Assembly: GCA_047967505.1 (NCBI GenBank) | Contig: CM106538.1 | Direction: 5' to 3' (one strand) | DNA: 64,000 nucleotides | Source of the DNA: Dipteris shenzhenensis | Lineage: Eukaryota | Shown: in pieces, positions 45,365-58,412 of the stretch | Numbering within the stretch: position 1 is the stretch's first letter | Layout: the number at the start of each line of letters is the position of its first letter | Translations under genes and position numbers: made by a program | The notes under the pieces: model-generated | Told to the model about the DNA's origin: nothing | Seen by the model: only the letters and a program-made list of their open reading frames with translations | Databases searched by the model: none

Positions 45365-48300
45365 GACTACGTAGACTCTTTGTCGACATATTTGCAAGGT
45401 TATCACCTGTATGAACCTTGATAGGCTCTATGCGGTTGTCCTCAAATGGAAAGGTACCTGACCTCAATGTAATTGGTCTTTGCATGAAAGACCAGATTTC
45501 GTGCTAGCTGAATAGCACTAATGGAATCACTATACAATGTTGATACACCTGTATGAATCCCCAAGTCTCCCACTAGCCGATCAAGTCATATAGCCTGCTT
45601 GCAACCCTCTGTGGCTGCAACATACTCGGCCTCTATGTTAGACAAAGCAATGCACTTCTGTACACGAGACATCCACGACATTGCACCACTGCACAAGTGA
45701 ACACATAGCTAGAAGTGGATGTCCTGCTACGCACATGCCGCCCTACATAGTCTAAATCTATGTACCCAAGTACACGCATCTCTCCTCTACCAAAGCAGAT
45801 GCACATCTCCTTGGTACCCTTCATGTACCTCATGATGCATTTAATTGCCTCCCAATGCCTCTTTCCTAGATTAGCCATATATTGGCTAACAACTCCCTCT
45901 ACAAATTCAACGTCCACTCTAGTAGCTATCATAGCATACATAAGACTCCCAACCGCTGATGCATAAGGAACCTTGGCCATCAGGGCCCTCTCCTCATCTG
46001 ATTTGGGACTATCTGCCTGACTCACTTTCACAGAGTACTTACTGCCTTCCCTCCCTCCATATTGAAATGCTCCAATACTTTTGTAACATACTCCCATGAA
46101 ACCCAAACGAGTTTCCTACTCCGGTCATGTGTGATGTACATACCAAGAATATGACTTGCAGGCCCCAAATCCTTCATGTCAAAGGCTTCATGCAACTTGG
46201 CCCCTTCAATGCATCCAGCTCATAAGTGTCCTTGCTAGCCAATATCATATCATCCACATAAATTTCCAAGAGTATACGGCTATTATCCTTAGCCTTTTTA
46301 GCATAGAGGCAGTGATCAATCTCACTCTTCTGAAACTTTGGGACCTTAGCACTTTTAGTGTAGAGGTAGTGATCAATCTCACTTCTTCTGAAACTTTGGG
46401 ACCAAATGAAATCATTAAACTTCTAATACCATTCTCTAGGTGCTTGCTTAAGGCCATAGAGACTCTTTTTTAGCTTGCAAATCAATTGTTCTTTGCCCTT
46501 TTCTTCAAAGCCTTCCAGTTGTACCATGTAAATTTCCTCATGCACATCCCTATGCAAGAAAGTTTTCTTGACATCCATCTGCATAAGTTCCATATCCTAT
46601 GCTGCCACAAGTCCAAGTACGCATCTAAGTGTGGTCATATTCACAACTGGAGAGAAGATCTCATCAAAGTCCACACCCTTCTCTTGCTTGAACCTTTTAG
46701 CAACCAAACGACCTTATACTTAGGCACATCATCACCAGTGACCTTCATATTGTAGACCATTTACATGGCAATGCTTTCTTTCCATGTGGCAAAGAAACCA
46801 AGTCCCAAGTCTTATTCTTCATGAGTGAACTCATCTTTGATTGCATATCATACTCCCACTTGTGTTGATCCTCACACATCATAGTCTCTATGTAGCAAGA
46901 AGGCTCCCCGTAATCAGTAAGCATCACATAGTCTACCACTGGAACAAATCTCTCAGGCGGTCTAGACACTCTAGCTCATCTTCTAAGAGGCATTTCAACT
47001 TGCTATCCTACCTACATATCAACCACATTTGGCTCATCATTTCCACTAATAGATGATCCATCATCTGCCCTTGATTGTGTACCTTTGGGAGTACCTGGTG
47101 GCACCATTTCCTGCACGTTTGGTGCATGGACAGCTTGCTATCTATCAACATATGCAGGTGTATTCACATCCTAGAAAGTGATATTCCTCATTTCCACATG
47201 CCTCATGGGTGTCTTATGCATCTTCTTCTCATTAAAGACCACATCATGGCTTCGTATGATCTTCTTTGCTTCTGGATCCAAGAGACAATAGCCCATCTCT
47301 CCACTTTCACCATAACCCAGAACGATGCATTACCTAGACGTAGGATCTAGCTTCTTCCGAAGCTCTTTTGGCACATGTACATGTGCCTCACACCCAAATA
47401 TACGCAAATGAGAGTAAGAGGGCTTCTTGCCACTCCATGCCTCTTCAGGAATACCACCATCCAAACTCTTACTAGGTGATCTATTGATCACATGCACTGC
47501 AATCTTCATTGCCTCAGGCCAAAACCACCAGAAAGGCTTGCATTGGAAAGCATACATTACAACCTTTCTTGAATGGTGCGGTTCATCTGTTTTGAAATTG
47601 GATTTTTCTCTAGAGTACGAGGGGATGTGAGCTCCCTCTTGATCCCATGTGTATCATAGAAATGCTAAAAGTCATGAGAGAGATACTCTCCACCATTGTT
47701 AGTTCGTAGGCATTTAAACCTTCCCTAATTGATTTTCAACCAAAGCCAACCATTTCTGAAATACTTGGAACACATCACTCTTTTGACCTATAGCATAAGC
47801 CCACACTTTCCTAGTTGCATCATCAATGAATGGCACATAGTATTCAGCCCCTCCTAATGATTGTGGGACCACATATGTCTGAATGCACCAAATCAAGCCT
47901 TTCAAGCTCTTTCTTTCCCCTTCTTTTATGGGCTGATCTAGTCTGCTTCCCATAGAGATAGTGCTCACAAAATTCAAAATTAAAAAAACTCAAATGTGGT
48001 ACGTAACCCAAATGGCATAAGAGTTTCATTCCATTCTGGCTCATGTGCCCCAACCCGCAATGCCAGAAAGAAGTATTTGGCTTCTTGATTATTGCAACAA
48101 CATGATTAGACACCCCTGATACATGTAAGGGATACAATGTCCCACACTTGGCACCTCTTTTGAATTTTCCAACTTTGAAAGCCAAAGATGGTCTGAAAAC
48201 TAGCATCATCTAGCTGACCTGCTCAAATGAGACTCTTGATTAGCTTAGGCACTTGTCTCACCATTTTTAAAACAAAAGTAGATCCATTTGCAAAAGAAAA

Positions 48301-49380
48301 TTTTATGTCATGTGCTCCCACTATGTCACATGCATAGTTATTTCCAAGATGCACACACCCTATCTTTCCACTGTCATAAGTGGAGAACTATTCCCTATTG
48401 GGACTAACATGGAATGAAGCACCAGAATCCAAAATCCAATCCTAGGAAGATGCATCATCTAAAGTGGTAAGTAACTTTGCATGTAGACTAGATATGACGA
48501 TTGTCACTATCATCAGTCTGCATTAATCTCCTTGATCTTCACTTTTCCTTTGTCCTCCCTTGGACTCTCTTCATTCTTATTTGTACCCCAATTTGCATTC
48601 TTTTTCTTATCCTTTTGCTCTCTTTTCAGCTTGTAGCAATCCTTTTTCATGTGGCCCTTCTTGCCTCAATGGTAACACTCAATGTTCCATGCCCTGGATT
48701 TGCTATGAAACTTCCTCTTTCTTGGGACTTCCCCCTAAACTATGATCTACCCCTTTGCACATTTAAGGTTGCATCCCGCTTGTTGCCATCCATTGACTTC
48801 CATCTAATCTCCTCGGCCAACAAGCACCCATAACATCATCAAACTTCAGTACTCCACCAGGTGTAGAGTTATTGAAAGCTGTACGGAAGGTATCCCATGA
48901 GGATGGCAATGAGCACAAGAGGAATATTGCCTTAGTCTCCGCATCAAAATTCAGCCTCTGAGCCTGAAGCTGGTTGAAAATAATATTGAATTCATTCAAG
49001 TGAAAAGTAATGGAGACCCCTTCCTTCATCTACAGCTCAAACAACCTCTTCATGAGGTAAACCTTATTAGAGGAAGTTTCCTTCTCATAGGTGGCACACA
49101 ATTTCTTCCATAAATATTCCGTAGTCTACTCATTTACTATTGTGAAATAAACTGACTCAAAAAGATGAAGTCTAACAGTAGACTTTGCTAATGCATCCAA
49201 CTCATTCCAATCATCCTCAGACATATATGCAGGCTTAGCTACAATCCCTACCAAGGGTTTAATCTGATTCTTTTGAATAAGCACATCCCTTGTCTACTCT
49301 TTTCACAAAGAAAAGTTTGTCCCATCAAACTTTTTACTGCTGGAAAACTCCTTTTCAGACATGGAAGATGATGCCATGAT
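45365..49380 (-). mobile_element. Degenerate full-length-internal Ty1/copia (TNT1/Tork-like gag-pol); LTRs not identified
   Basis: gag (KFDGTNFSL...DWNELDALAKSTVRLHL...NKVYLMKRLFEL; LLCSLPSSWD), PR (WILDSGASFHV, ~48440), INT (LDLVHSDICGP; FIDDATRKVWAY; IPEEAWSGKKPSYSHLRIFGC), RT (KNKTWDLVSLPHGKKALPCKW; VPYASAVGSLMYAM), RNase H near 45365-45650. Confidence 0.92.
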
Positions 49381-51207
49381 GCAAATAAAGCGAAATCCCA
49401 AATGTTAGTGCCTGCAAGAAAGAATCACACCAAATACCAGGCGCACCCAAATGTGTGTGCCAAAATAGAAGGTAATATCACCAAACCTCAAAGGCTCAAA
49501 GCATCCAAATGCATCTGACTCATGCGCATATACTATGCATCCATATGAGCAAATTTGGCCCAAAAGAAAATATCAACCTGCAATGACAAAACAATGGCAA
49601 ACCCAATGTCGATAATTTATAAAAGCCAAATATCTCAAGCATAAACATCATCCAATGGCATATGCATCAATAATGTCTCATCCAAGAGATCATAGCACTA
49701 TCAGTGCATCAACTGCAATGTGTCAAAGCTGTCCCTTAGCATAAAATAGCATCTGTGTTCTAAACATCCATCGATAATAAAGCACCACAAGGCAATCTGG
49801 GACTATCAGCACATCCAACAAGGATTGCAATGCATCCAAATGGCTTGTAAAGCATCCATTGCAACCCAATGCAAACCACAAATGAGCACACATGACTCAA
49901 ACTGCAACCGGAGTGATCTGCATAAGGTATATATCTCAAAAATCGTGCCCCCATGGCAATGACCGCTACTAAAAAATAGAACCTAGGATGCCTCAAAACA
50001 TGGGCATCACTACATAATTGGACTCAATAAGAAAATTTGCAAATATCTCTCTTCTACTGGAACTCCAAAATCCCAACCGATGAATGGGAAATGCAGCCAA
50101 CAACATTATTTTGGACGATTCTTTGTACAAGGTTCATTGAAATCCATCCAGTACATGGTGCATACTTCCCAAGTTTGAGCTACAGTGTTTTGAAGAAATG
50201 CAATCATATTTGATGGAGGATGTACAACCATGGCTAGTTGTTTAGCTTCTTCAATGCTAGGATCACCAGGCATACACAGCCCAGTTCGAGCATGACCTGT
50301 TCAACAACGACGAGTTTATCAAAATTTTGGAATTTATCCTTAAGATGAAGGAAAAAGGATGCAAAGGAACATACATAAGATTGTTATGTATACCATTTTG
50401 TATTATCTTTCAGGCAAACTTGCATTTCCACATGGATTATCTATCATCTGTTCTTACACCCACTATGGTGATGTTTATATCAACATCTACCAAGATTTAT
50501 ATTTAATTTTTTGACTACAAGTGCTAGTGATTAAGGTGAATTTGTTCTTGGATTATTTGCATTTTCTCTTGGATTATATTTTCAATTAATGTGCATTTGT
50601 TTCACATTAGTTGCCATACAATATGCTACTCAACATATAAAGTGTACTATGCTAGATAGGGAAATGGGCAACCAGTGGTTGACAAAAAGGAAAGGATGAG
50701 GCTAGGCATAAATGCAGCACCAAATGGATGCTCTCCCTTTTGTTCATAACTAATATCACAATTTACCTAAAATACTAGCTTGCACTTCGATACTTATGTT
50801 GAACAAATTCCAGAATTAAATTCATGGAATGCAATAACTTCCAAAACTGAAATGAAAATTTGGCAAACTAGCATTGTGCAATTTGGTATGGTGCCAAAGA
50901 TTCACAATTTAGCACAAGGGGTGATTGAGAATTGCTAAGGAAAGAGTGGATATGAAGAATCCAACTATGCATGCCATGTGATTTTGAAAGGAAAATAATA
51001 GCTTCACAGTATGATAAAGAATATCTAGGAAAAAAGGATATAGGCTGAAACAACTTTGCAATATATAAAGTACAACTTTGCATCAAGGGGCTCCCTTTCA
51101 TGTCGATATTGCCCTTGAGGGGTCCCCTTTAGGGGCAAGGGCCATATAGACATGCCACATATTTCCAATGGCATGCCGATATTGCCCTTTCCCCTAAAGA
51201 GGATTAC

Positions 51208-51630
51208 TTATGTTAGCATATGTATGTTAGCATCCTTGTTAGCACACTTGTTATCATACTTACGTTAGCATACTTATGTCAGGATAACGATGTTAGCATA
51301 CTTGTTAGCATATATACATTAGCATACTTATGTCAAGATACCGAAGTTAGCATACTTGTTAGCATATATATGGTAGAATACATATGTTAGCATGCTTATG
51401 TCAGGATATTGATTTTAGCATACTTGTTACCATAATTATGTTAGAATATTTATGTTAGCATACTTGTTAGCATACTTATGTAAGGATACTGAAGTCAGGA
51501 TACTTATGTTAGCATACTTATGTTAGGATACTGAAGTTAGAAACTTGATAGCATACTTATGTTAGTGTACTTATGTCAGGATACTGAAGTTAGCAACTTG
51601 ATAGCATACTTATGTTAGCATACGTGTTGA
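51208..51630. repeat. Degenerate minisatellite TGTTAGCATACTTA(TG), related to the 43380-44160 array
   Basis: About 25 TTAGCATA-like units, with a higher-order TGTCAGGATACTGAAG pattern. Confidence 0.85.
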
Positions 51631-54600
51631 TACAAATTACCTTTTGAATGTTTCCAAACACTTCATATTGCAAAAATTCCAAACAATTCATATTGCAACT
51701 ATTCCTCAAAGAATAGATTGTTACATGTCAACATCAAAGGGCATGTTGTTATATATGACCTCATAGGTATCTTGAGTGATTGAGAAAAGGTTTCTTCATT
51801 TTGGGAGACTCTCCATAGGTATCTTGATGCAATGCATAAGGTGTGAGAGTATGTAATCTGTCTATTGAGTCGTGAGGAGTTGAAAGGAATAGTGATCTAT
51901 TTGTTTGTAGAAGATACCCTTAAATGACACAAGAATCCTTCGCTATGAAATTTCCCCAATCATCAAGATAGTCTTGAGATTGCTATTTTCCTGCAGTGCA
52001 TTTAAGCAGGTAAAAATATGCACCCTCAACATTATTGGTCTCAGCATTGACTATAAAAGTGTCACCAACACAAAAGCATCACTTAACACATCATGATGGC
52101 CTTCAGAAGTTGCATATGTGTATGCATCTTTCTCATTTGTAGTAGGATCTATATCTGGCAAAGGTACCAACGTGTGAAAATCCCAAGGTTGCACATGTGC
52201 TTTGTTGGTACATCTGTTCCAAAGCCCATGCATGCATGCATCACAAAAGCATGAAAAATGTTTGGTAGCAAGGCCTAATGGATCTTGTAGGTTGTGACCA
52301 CAAAAAACATGTAAGGAACATTAACTAGCCTGACTAGATTGGCCATCTATTCGGCTATTGGTTGCTACCTAGTTTCTCTACAGACGAGCCTCTCATCAAT
52401 TTTGTGTGGTGGCGGATATCCCTTCCTTAGCCACACATCGTGAAGTTCAATAGCGTTCCCTATTTGTGATATACCTTCTACGTCTGAGTATTATCTTCTA
52501 TGCAGATGGATAGGTGGCAGATATGAGGCCATGGTTGGGGCTAGACATGAGCATAACAAAGGGCCAACATAGAAGACATGCAACTGGATTGGCTAGATTT
52601 GACTTCATATTTGAAGGAGGAGAATGACTCTTCGTCTCTCCCTCTCAAGATGACATCTCTTCTCAATGTACTTCTCTTTGACTCCACATGGTCTCTTTGA
52701 CTCCGTGCATGTAACCCATCTCCTAGAGAAATCGAAAACATATTCCCACATGGAGCATGTTCCTTGCCAAATCTAGCAAATAGGATACACAATTAGTACA
52801 AACCCACTCACATTCAATGATCTTCCCACTCCGTAGGCATCAGTATCACAAAACATTAGCTATGCTCTCACACACATATGACCATAGGCAACCATACTCA
52901 GTGCAAACACCTGCAATTAACCTGGGAGCTTTTACTTGCAACCCAAACAAGGCGACCCCCTCCCCAAACAATCACAAGTGTCCACTGACTCACTAAAATA
53001 CCCAAGCAATGGGTGAAAGCATAACCGATCTACCCCTGGTGCTCAGAAGCATAGACAATCTCTACAAGCATTCATTGTGATCTCTCTACCAAGCAAGTCT
53101 CTTCACAAACCAGCACAATGCTCACATGCATACACGAGAGAGCATGTGTGAATCCTTTACAAGCCCGCAGTTCCTTCCATGAGCCAATGCACAACTCCCT
53201 ACTGGCTTCCTACACATTTTGTCAATTGGTTAGCTGCCTCAAGCATCCTTAATCCAAATTCCTATGCATGCAGCCCAAAGCCCCTACAAACAGCCCACAT
53301 GAGCTCTGTAGTTGGCCAGCTCCATCCCCTACTCTCGCCTGTACATACTATATGGCAGATCTCAGCATACGATTCAGCCTTGCCACTCGAGCCATGGGAG
53401 TGCCCTTAGCTATAGCCAAGAGTACCATGTGCACTTTTTGGGAGCCTGTACTATCATCCGTACATAACTCTCAAAGAGTAAATGATTCATATGGCTGTCC
53501 ATACCAATGACCGTACGGTTCTGTACTAGCAGCCATGAGACAATTTCGTACCATGAGCATTAACTCCCTGCACCATCCGTACAACCATATTCAATGTCTG
53601 CCTAGCCCTTCCGTACATCCGTACGTTATCAGCCACGCGATCACCTTCGCAAGAAAGTTAACTCTTGCACGTATATTTCCACACATGATTCCGTGCATAG
53701 CCTTCCCTAAAACCTTCCAAGGTCTTCCCTTCTAAAAGGGCCTACATGGGCTTGCCACGTGGTAGCCCATGCCTTGGGTTGCCCCCAAGGGCCTTCATTT
53801 GACCCTAGGCCCCCTCTAGTGGGGCCTTTTTAAAAACCCCACCAATGACTAACATCATTTCTAAGGTACTTTGGGCCCCTCTTGGCCCTAAACCTTCCAT
53901 TTTCCCCCAAGGCACAAATGCTAGGGGTTCTAGCACATCGAGTAACCCTTGACCTTGCCCCTTGTTTTCCCAATCCTGCTCACATGCAGGCCAACATGCA
54001 TGCGCCAGAAATCATGCCCTTGTGACATACTCCTCTCTTGAAACATGCCAAGCATCCTCAATTGCATTTTGAAATGCATGTGAATATACCATCATTAATG
54101 CATGTATTACAAACTGTCAGAGCATATATGATTGTTTAGAGCCTAGGATAGTAATCAATATACACTATAAAAACCACTCATAGTGACTAGTATAGTGATC
54201 ATAGAAGTCCCAAGGCAGATATACTATTAGCAAACAAGTAGTACCTCAGGTGAACATACAATGCCACCAAGTGACCTCCAGATATCTGAGCCTTTCTGTA
54301 ACAAAGACACATAGGTTCTACCCCTCTCTTGAGCATCAGTCCATGCTCCAGACCTATGGCATGTGGTAGATTCTCTCTCCTAGATCTTAGTAGGAGAAGT
54401 CTTCATTGACTACTATTCACCCAACAAATTTGGTTGGTTGTTTGGCTCTGTTTTGAGAAGTTTCTCCCATGCTTAGAGGATGAATACTGAGTTTTATTCC
54501 TTTCTCTACATAGTGTGTTTTCTAAGTGCTTTTTATTATTGTTTTTTATTGTTTCTAATGGAGAAGAGTGAGGATTGATTTTATTCTGCATAGTTCGGGT

Positions 54601-54639
54601 TGTTGTCCAAACAATCCCTAAATCTAACACAAGGAGCTA

Positions 54640-55861
54640 CTAGGGGAATCCATGGGCATCATTGTTATGGGGCAGGAAATGGAGACATCAGTTTCCATGA
54701 CAATCAATTTCCATTGCAATGGAAGGAAAGAGAGAGGGCAAGATTAAAGATTGATACATACTAATAGGAAATGGAGACATTAGTTTCCATGACAATCCAT
54801 AATTTATTTCCAAGAGAGAAGAGAGACCCGCCAATAAAGAGGGCCACACCCTTTTATACATTTTTATGCCACCAATCATCCCTCAAATTACTCAACCAAT
54901 CTAGTAATTATGCCTCAAATCAATCCATCAACTCACATCTACACATGTGGGCATTTACACATCTTTTTGTGTCCCAACGATCACTTCTTGGACCTTTTGT
55001 GTACCTTTGGCATGTCAAATTCATGCTTCAATTTAGACATTTGTTCTATCATTGGACTTATAATTCAGCTCATTTAGTCCATCATTTGGTGCCCATTTAG
55101 CTAGTCATTGAATACATTTGGTTTGCCATTTAGCCCATTAAGTCAACCATTTGGTCATTGGGTCATTTTGTCCTTCTTTGATCTCAACATTCAGTTTGCC
55201 ACTTAGCCCATTAAGTCAACCATTTGGTCATTGGGTCATTTGGTCCTCCCTTATTTGATGTCAACATTTATTCCCCCCACTTGCAATTGTCCATGTCCTT
55301 GTGGACTTTTGAAGAGGTCAAAACTACTAAACAAGATTTGTGGATAGGCATTACAATGGAAGGAAAAGAGAGAGATGAAGAACTATAGATTGATACATAC
55401 AACAAGAAATGGAGACATCAGTTTCCATGATAGTCCACACTTTATTTTCAAGAAAGAAGAGAGCCCCCCAATGAAGAGGGCCGTGCCCTTTTATACATTT
55501 TCATGCCACAATCATGACCTAAATCACTCAACCACTCTATTGATTATGATTCAATCACTTACCAATGCATATCTACATGTGCAAGTATTTATGCATCTTT
55601 TGCATATCCCAATAGTCACTTCTTAGACCTCTGTGTACCTTTTGCATGTGAAATACCTTCAATTGACAATTCAATCTATCTTTCAAACTATAATTTAGTC
55701 TAGTCCGTTTGTCATTTGGCCTATCATTCAATTTGCCATTTGATCCATTTAGTCAATCATTTGACCTATTATTTAGTCCATTCATCCTATCATCCTATCA
55801 TTCAAACTATTATTCGATATCCATTATCTATCATTTGGTGCATCCTTCTTTGGTATCAACA
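54640..55861 (-). repeat. Pair of diverged LTR-like direct repeats separated by ~80 bp that includes a PPT-like tract
   Basis: 54716-55030 matches 55353-55660. Both copies end TCAACA (55266, 55861); TTCCCCCCACTTG follows at ~55272. Confidence 0.5.
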
Positions 55862-55921
55862 CTTTGCTACAGGGGAGTAGGAGGTGCAGCAAGCCATGGT
55901 AGGAACTTAATAGCAGCCAAA

Positions 55922-56106
55922 GATAGTCATGTCAGTGGTGGTCGACTACATATCAATCTCATCATCATCATCATCATCATTATCATCGTCATCGTTGTCG
56001 TCATCAGGACATTAGGGTGGATGAGGCAATGGAGGCATGAAGTGATGTCAGTTGCTCACAGGTGCGGATCTGCTGTGACATCTCCTAGTCATAGCTCTAC
56101 ATCTAA

Positions 56107-56158
<52 letters not shown>
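55922..56158 (-). mobile_element. 3' UTR fragment of the RTEX-like LINE next to an (AG)n microsatellite
   Basis: TAGTCATGTC...(CAT)n...CAGGACAT..GGTGGATGAGGCAA is the reverse complement of 18160-18262; (AG)n at 56110-56158. Confidence 0.75.
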
Positions 56159-56161
<3 letters not shown>

Positions 56162-56398
56162 GTTGGCTCTCCCTTCAAAAGGTGGCATTGGTTGACTTTG
56201 GTCTACATTTGTTGGTTGCACACATTGGAATACAAGCTCTCCTTCTCTTCTTTGGAGTTGTCTCTTGTTCCCTCATAGTGCCTTTTGTGAATGCCATGCT
56301 CTCTTCTCCCCTTCCCTTCCTTTGCTCCTCCTCTCCCTTCTCCAATTCCCTCTTCCCTCCCTCTTCTTCTCCTTATGGATTCATGATTGCAACAAGTC

Positions 56399-56642
56399 AA
56401 GAGTTGCTAGAGTGACACTCGTGGATGACATTTGCATGCATCAATTTCAACCCAGAGTAGCTTGGAGAAGTACTCCATCGGCATTCCTGTAAGATCCCCA
56501 CGACATGTGAGTCACTACCGAAGAGTTGCTAGAGTGACACTCATGGATGACATTTGCATGCCTCGATTTCAACCCAAAGTAGCTTGGAGGAGTACTCTAT
56601 CAGCGTTCCTGCAAGATCCCCACAACATGTGAGTCACCGTCG
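56399..56642. repeat. Two-copy tandem duplication, unit about 122 bp
   Basis: AAGAGTTGCTAGAGTGACACTC...CATGTGAGTCAC starts at 56399 and again at 56521. Confidence 0.9.
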
Positions 56643-57319
56643 GAGACTACACATTTTTTGTGCCATTGCTAGGAAGTTCCAGGTTGATTCTACATTGCAT
56701 TTGATTCTCTCATTACCCACCATTGCCCAACGTTGAGTATTTGTAGAGAAAAGTTGTTGGTTTTTGTGTATGGGAAGGTGTGATTAAAAGAGAGGTGTTG
56801 GAAGTCATTTGGAGCATTCAAGCATCAACATCAACATCCACTTCCACTTCTCAACCTCGGCAAGCACCACTTCCAAGCGAGACAGTGCTCGATAACTGCA
56901 CTTAGCCTTGACCCTATGCCCATGTTGGTCGAGGGCCAACAGGCCTCTTCATGATGGATCCATTAGAGGCATTTGAGAGGGTTCTTCATATAGTAGTGCC
57001 CGTTGTAGGACTTGTTGAAGGAGTTAGCATTGACATCCGCTAAGGATGTAGAACCGTGCATCCGTTGGTCCTAGGTTAGTGTGTGTGGATGTGTTGTTTC
57101 CAGTGATTTTGGGTGTTATGGTGAAGAGGTATTAGGAGGAGGGTTAGAGATGGTGGATGGACTGGGTGGGTTGAACTAGGTATGTGCGTAGGGTTTAGCT
57201 CGGCTTGGGTAAGTGTTAGTATCATCCGAGGTGGGAGGTTTTGTGGATACAAAAATTGCAAGGTGAACGTCCTCCTCTTCCTCAGGTAGACTTTCAGGGT
57301 AAGCCTCATGGATGGTTTT

Positions 57320-58330
57320 TTCTTTTTAACAAAGAAAAGTAACTTCTATTAATTCTTAAAATAAACCAAAGAAGGTGCTGATAATGGGAAATAGAAAAGA
57401 AAATTGATTGCCAGCTGAAATGGACCAACCTATTCCCTGAGCTCCTAGCTTACTACCTAGGGAATCTCTAGAATAGGGGCTAACAATCAAAGTGGTGGGA
57501 TGTACAACCAGTGAATACCTCTCTCCATGAGAACATAGAAGGTGCCCGTAGGCTGCCTATAGGCCATGCCTTGTAGAAATGCTCTCACCTTTTAGTGGTC
57601 TCTTGAGACCCTAGGGTCCCACGCTCCCGAATTGCTTCCAAAGTGTAGATAACATCCTACCAGATGGTGACTAGAGTGGCCGCTGGAGTGACTTGTTGGT
57701 CTACCATCACCCAACTGTTGTGGGCAACGCAGATGTGCCATGTAGTGATGCTAGTGAATGTCTCCCACACACTATCCTCTACCAAGGGTACATGGCACTC
57801 CCGTATGGGAGGAACTACCTCATGTGCCTTGATCCTAGTCACTGTTTGGCCATGAATCCAAAACGCTGGAGTAGTGGGGTCAATCAAAAACATGTGCGTG
57901 CCCTCCGTGAGCCAAGCAACCATCCCCCATGTGAAGTCTCTCTCCATGAGCTGGGTACACACCACTATCCCCAAAGTGCCAACCAAACCCTCTGTGCTAT
58001 CGAGCATTCGCATAGACAGTGATGTATTGTCTTGGTCACTCTATCTATACAATAGTGGCATCTACTGTCCACCCTCATCTACTCCAACTAGGGGCTAATG
58101 GCAAGCCTCCATTGGTGATTTGTTGAGAAAAATGAACTCTCTCGTGCATGTATTTTCATTTGGATATAATCAAACGTTGGTCTCGACTCTCCTCATGTTT
58201 CTTTTTGAAAAACTTGTGTAATTAAATGCTAGTCATAGCATTTGGAGTATGTATTCAGCGAGCTTGGGTGCCACCTTATGAGCACCTCTGGCTATACCAA
58301 TGGCTACCATTAGGATTCATTCTTCCAAAG
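57320..58330 (-). mobile_element. Decayed L1-like LINE 3' end, probably continuing at 62273-64000 beyond the gypsy insertion
   Basis: KTIHHCLCECSIAQRVW (zf-RVT-like, ~57985-58037) and WETFTSITTWHICVAHNSW; A-rich minus-strand end near 57320; SDH endonuclease-like motif near 63845-63860. Confidence 0.55.
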
Positions 58331-58412
58331 AAAACACAATGCTGCACTGCAAAAGAAAGGAAAGGAAAAAGCTGGAAGAGGGAAAGGACCCCCAAAGGCT
58401 AGCTAAAAAGGA

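Noticed and set aside
52800-54040. Possible further minus-strand LTR ending TGTGACA at 54027 with an adjacent PPT-like tract
   Set aside because: No partner LTR, other boundary or TSD could be found, so it is not listed as a feature.
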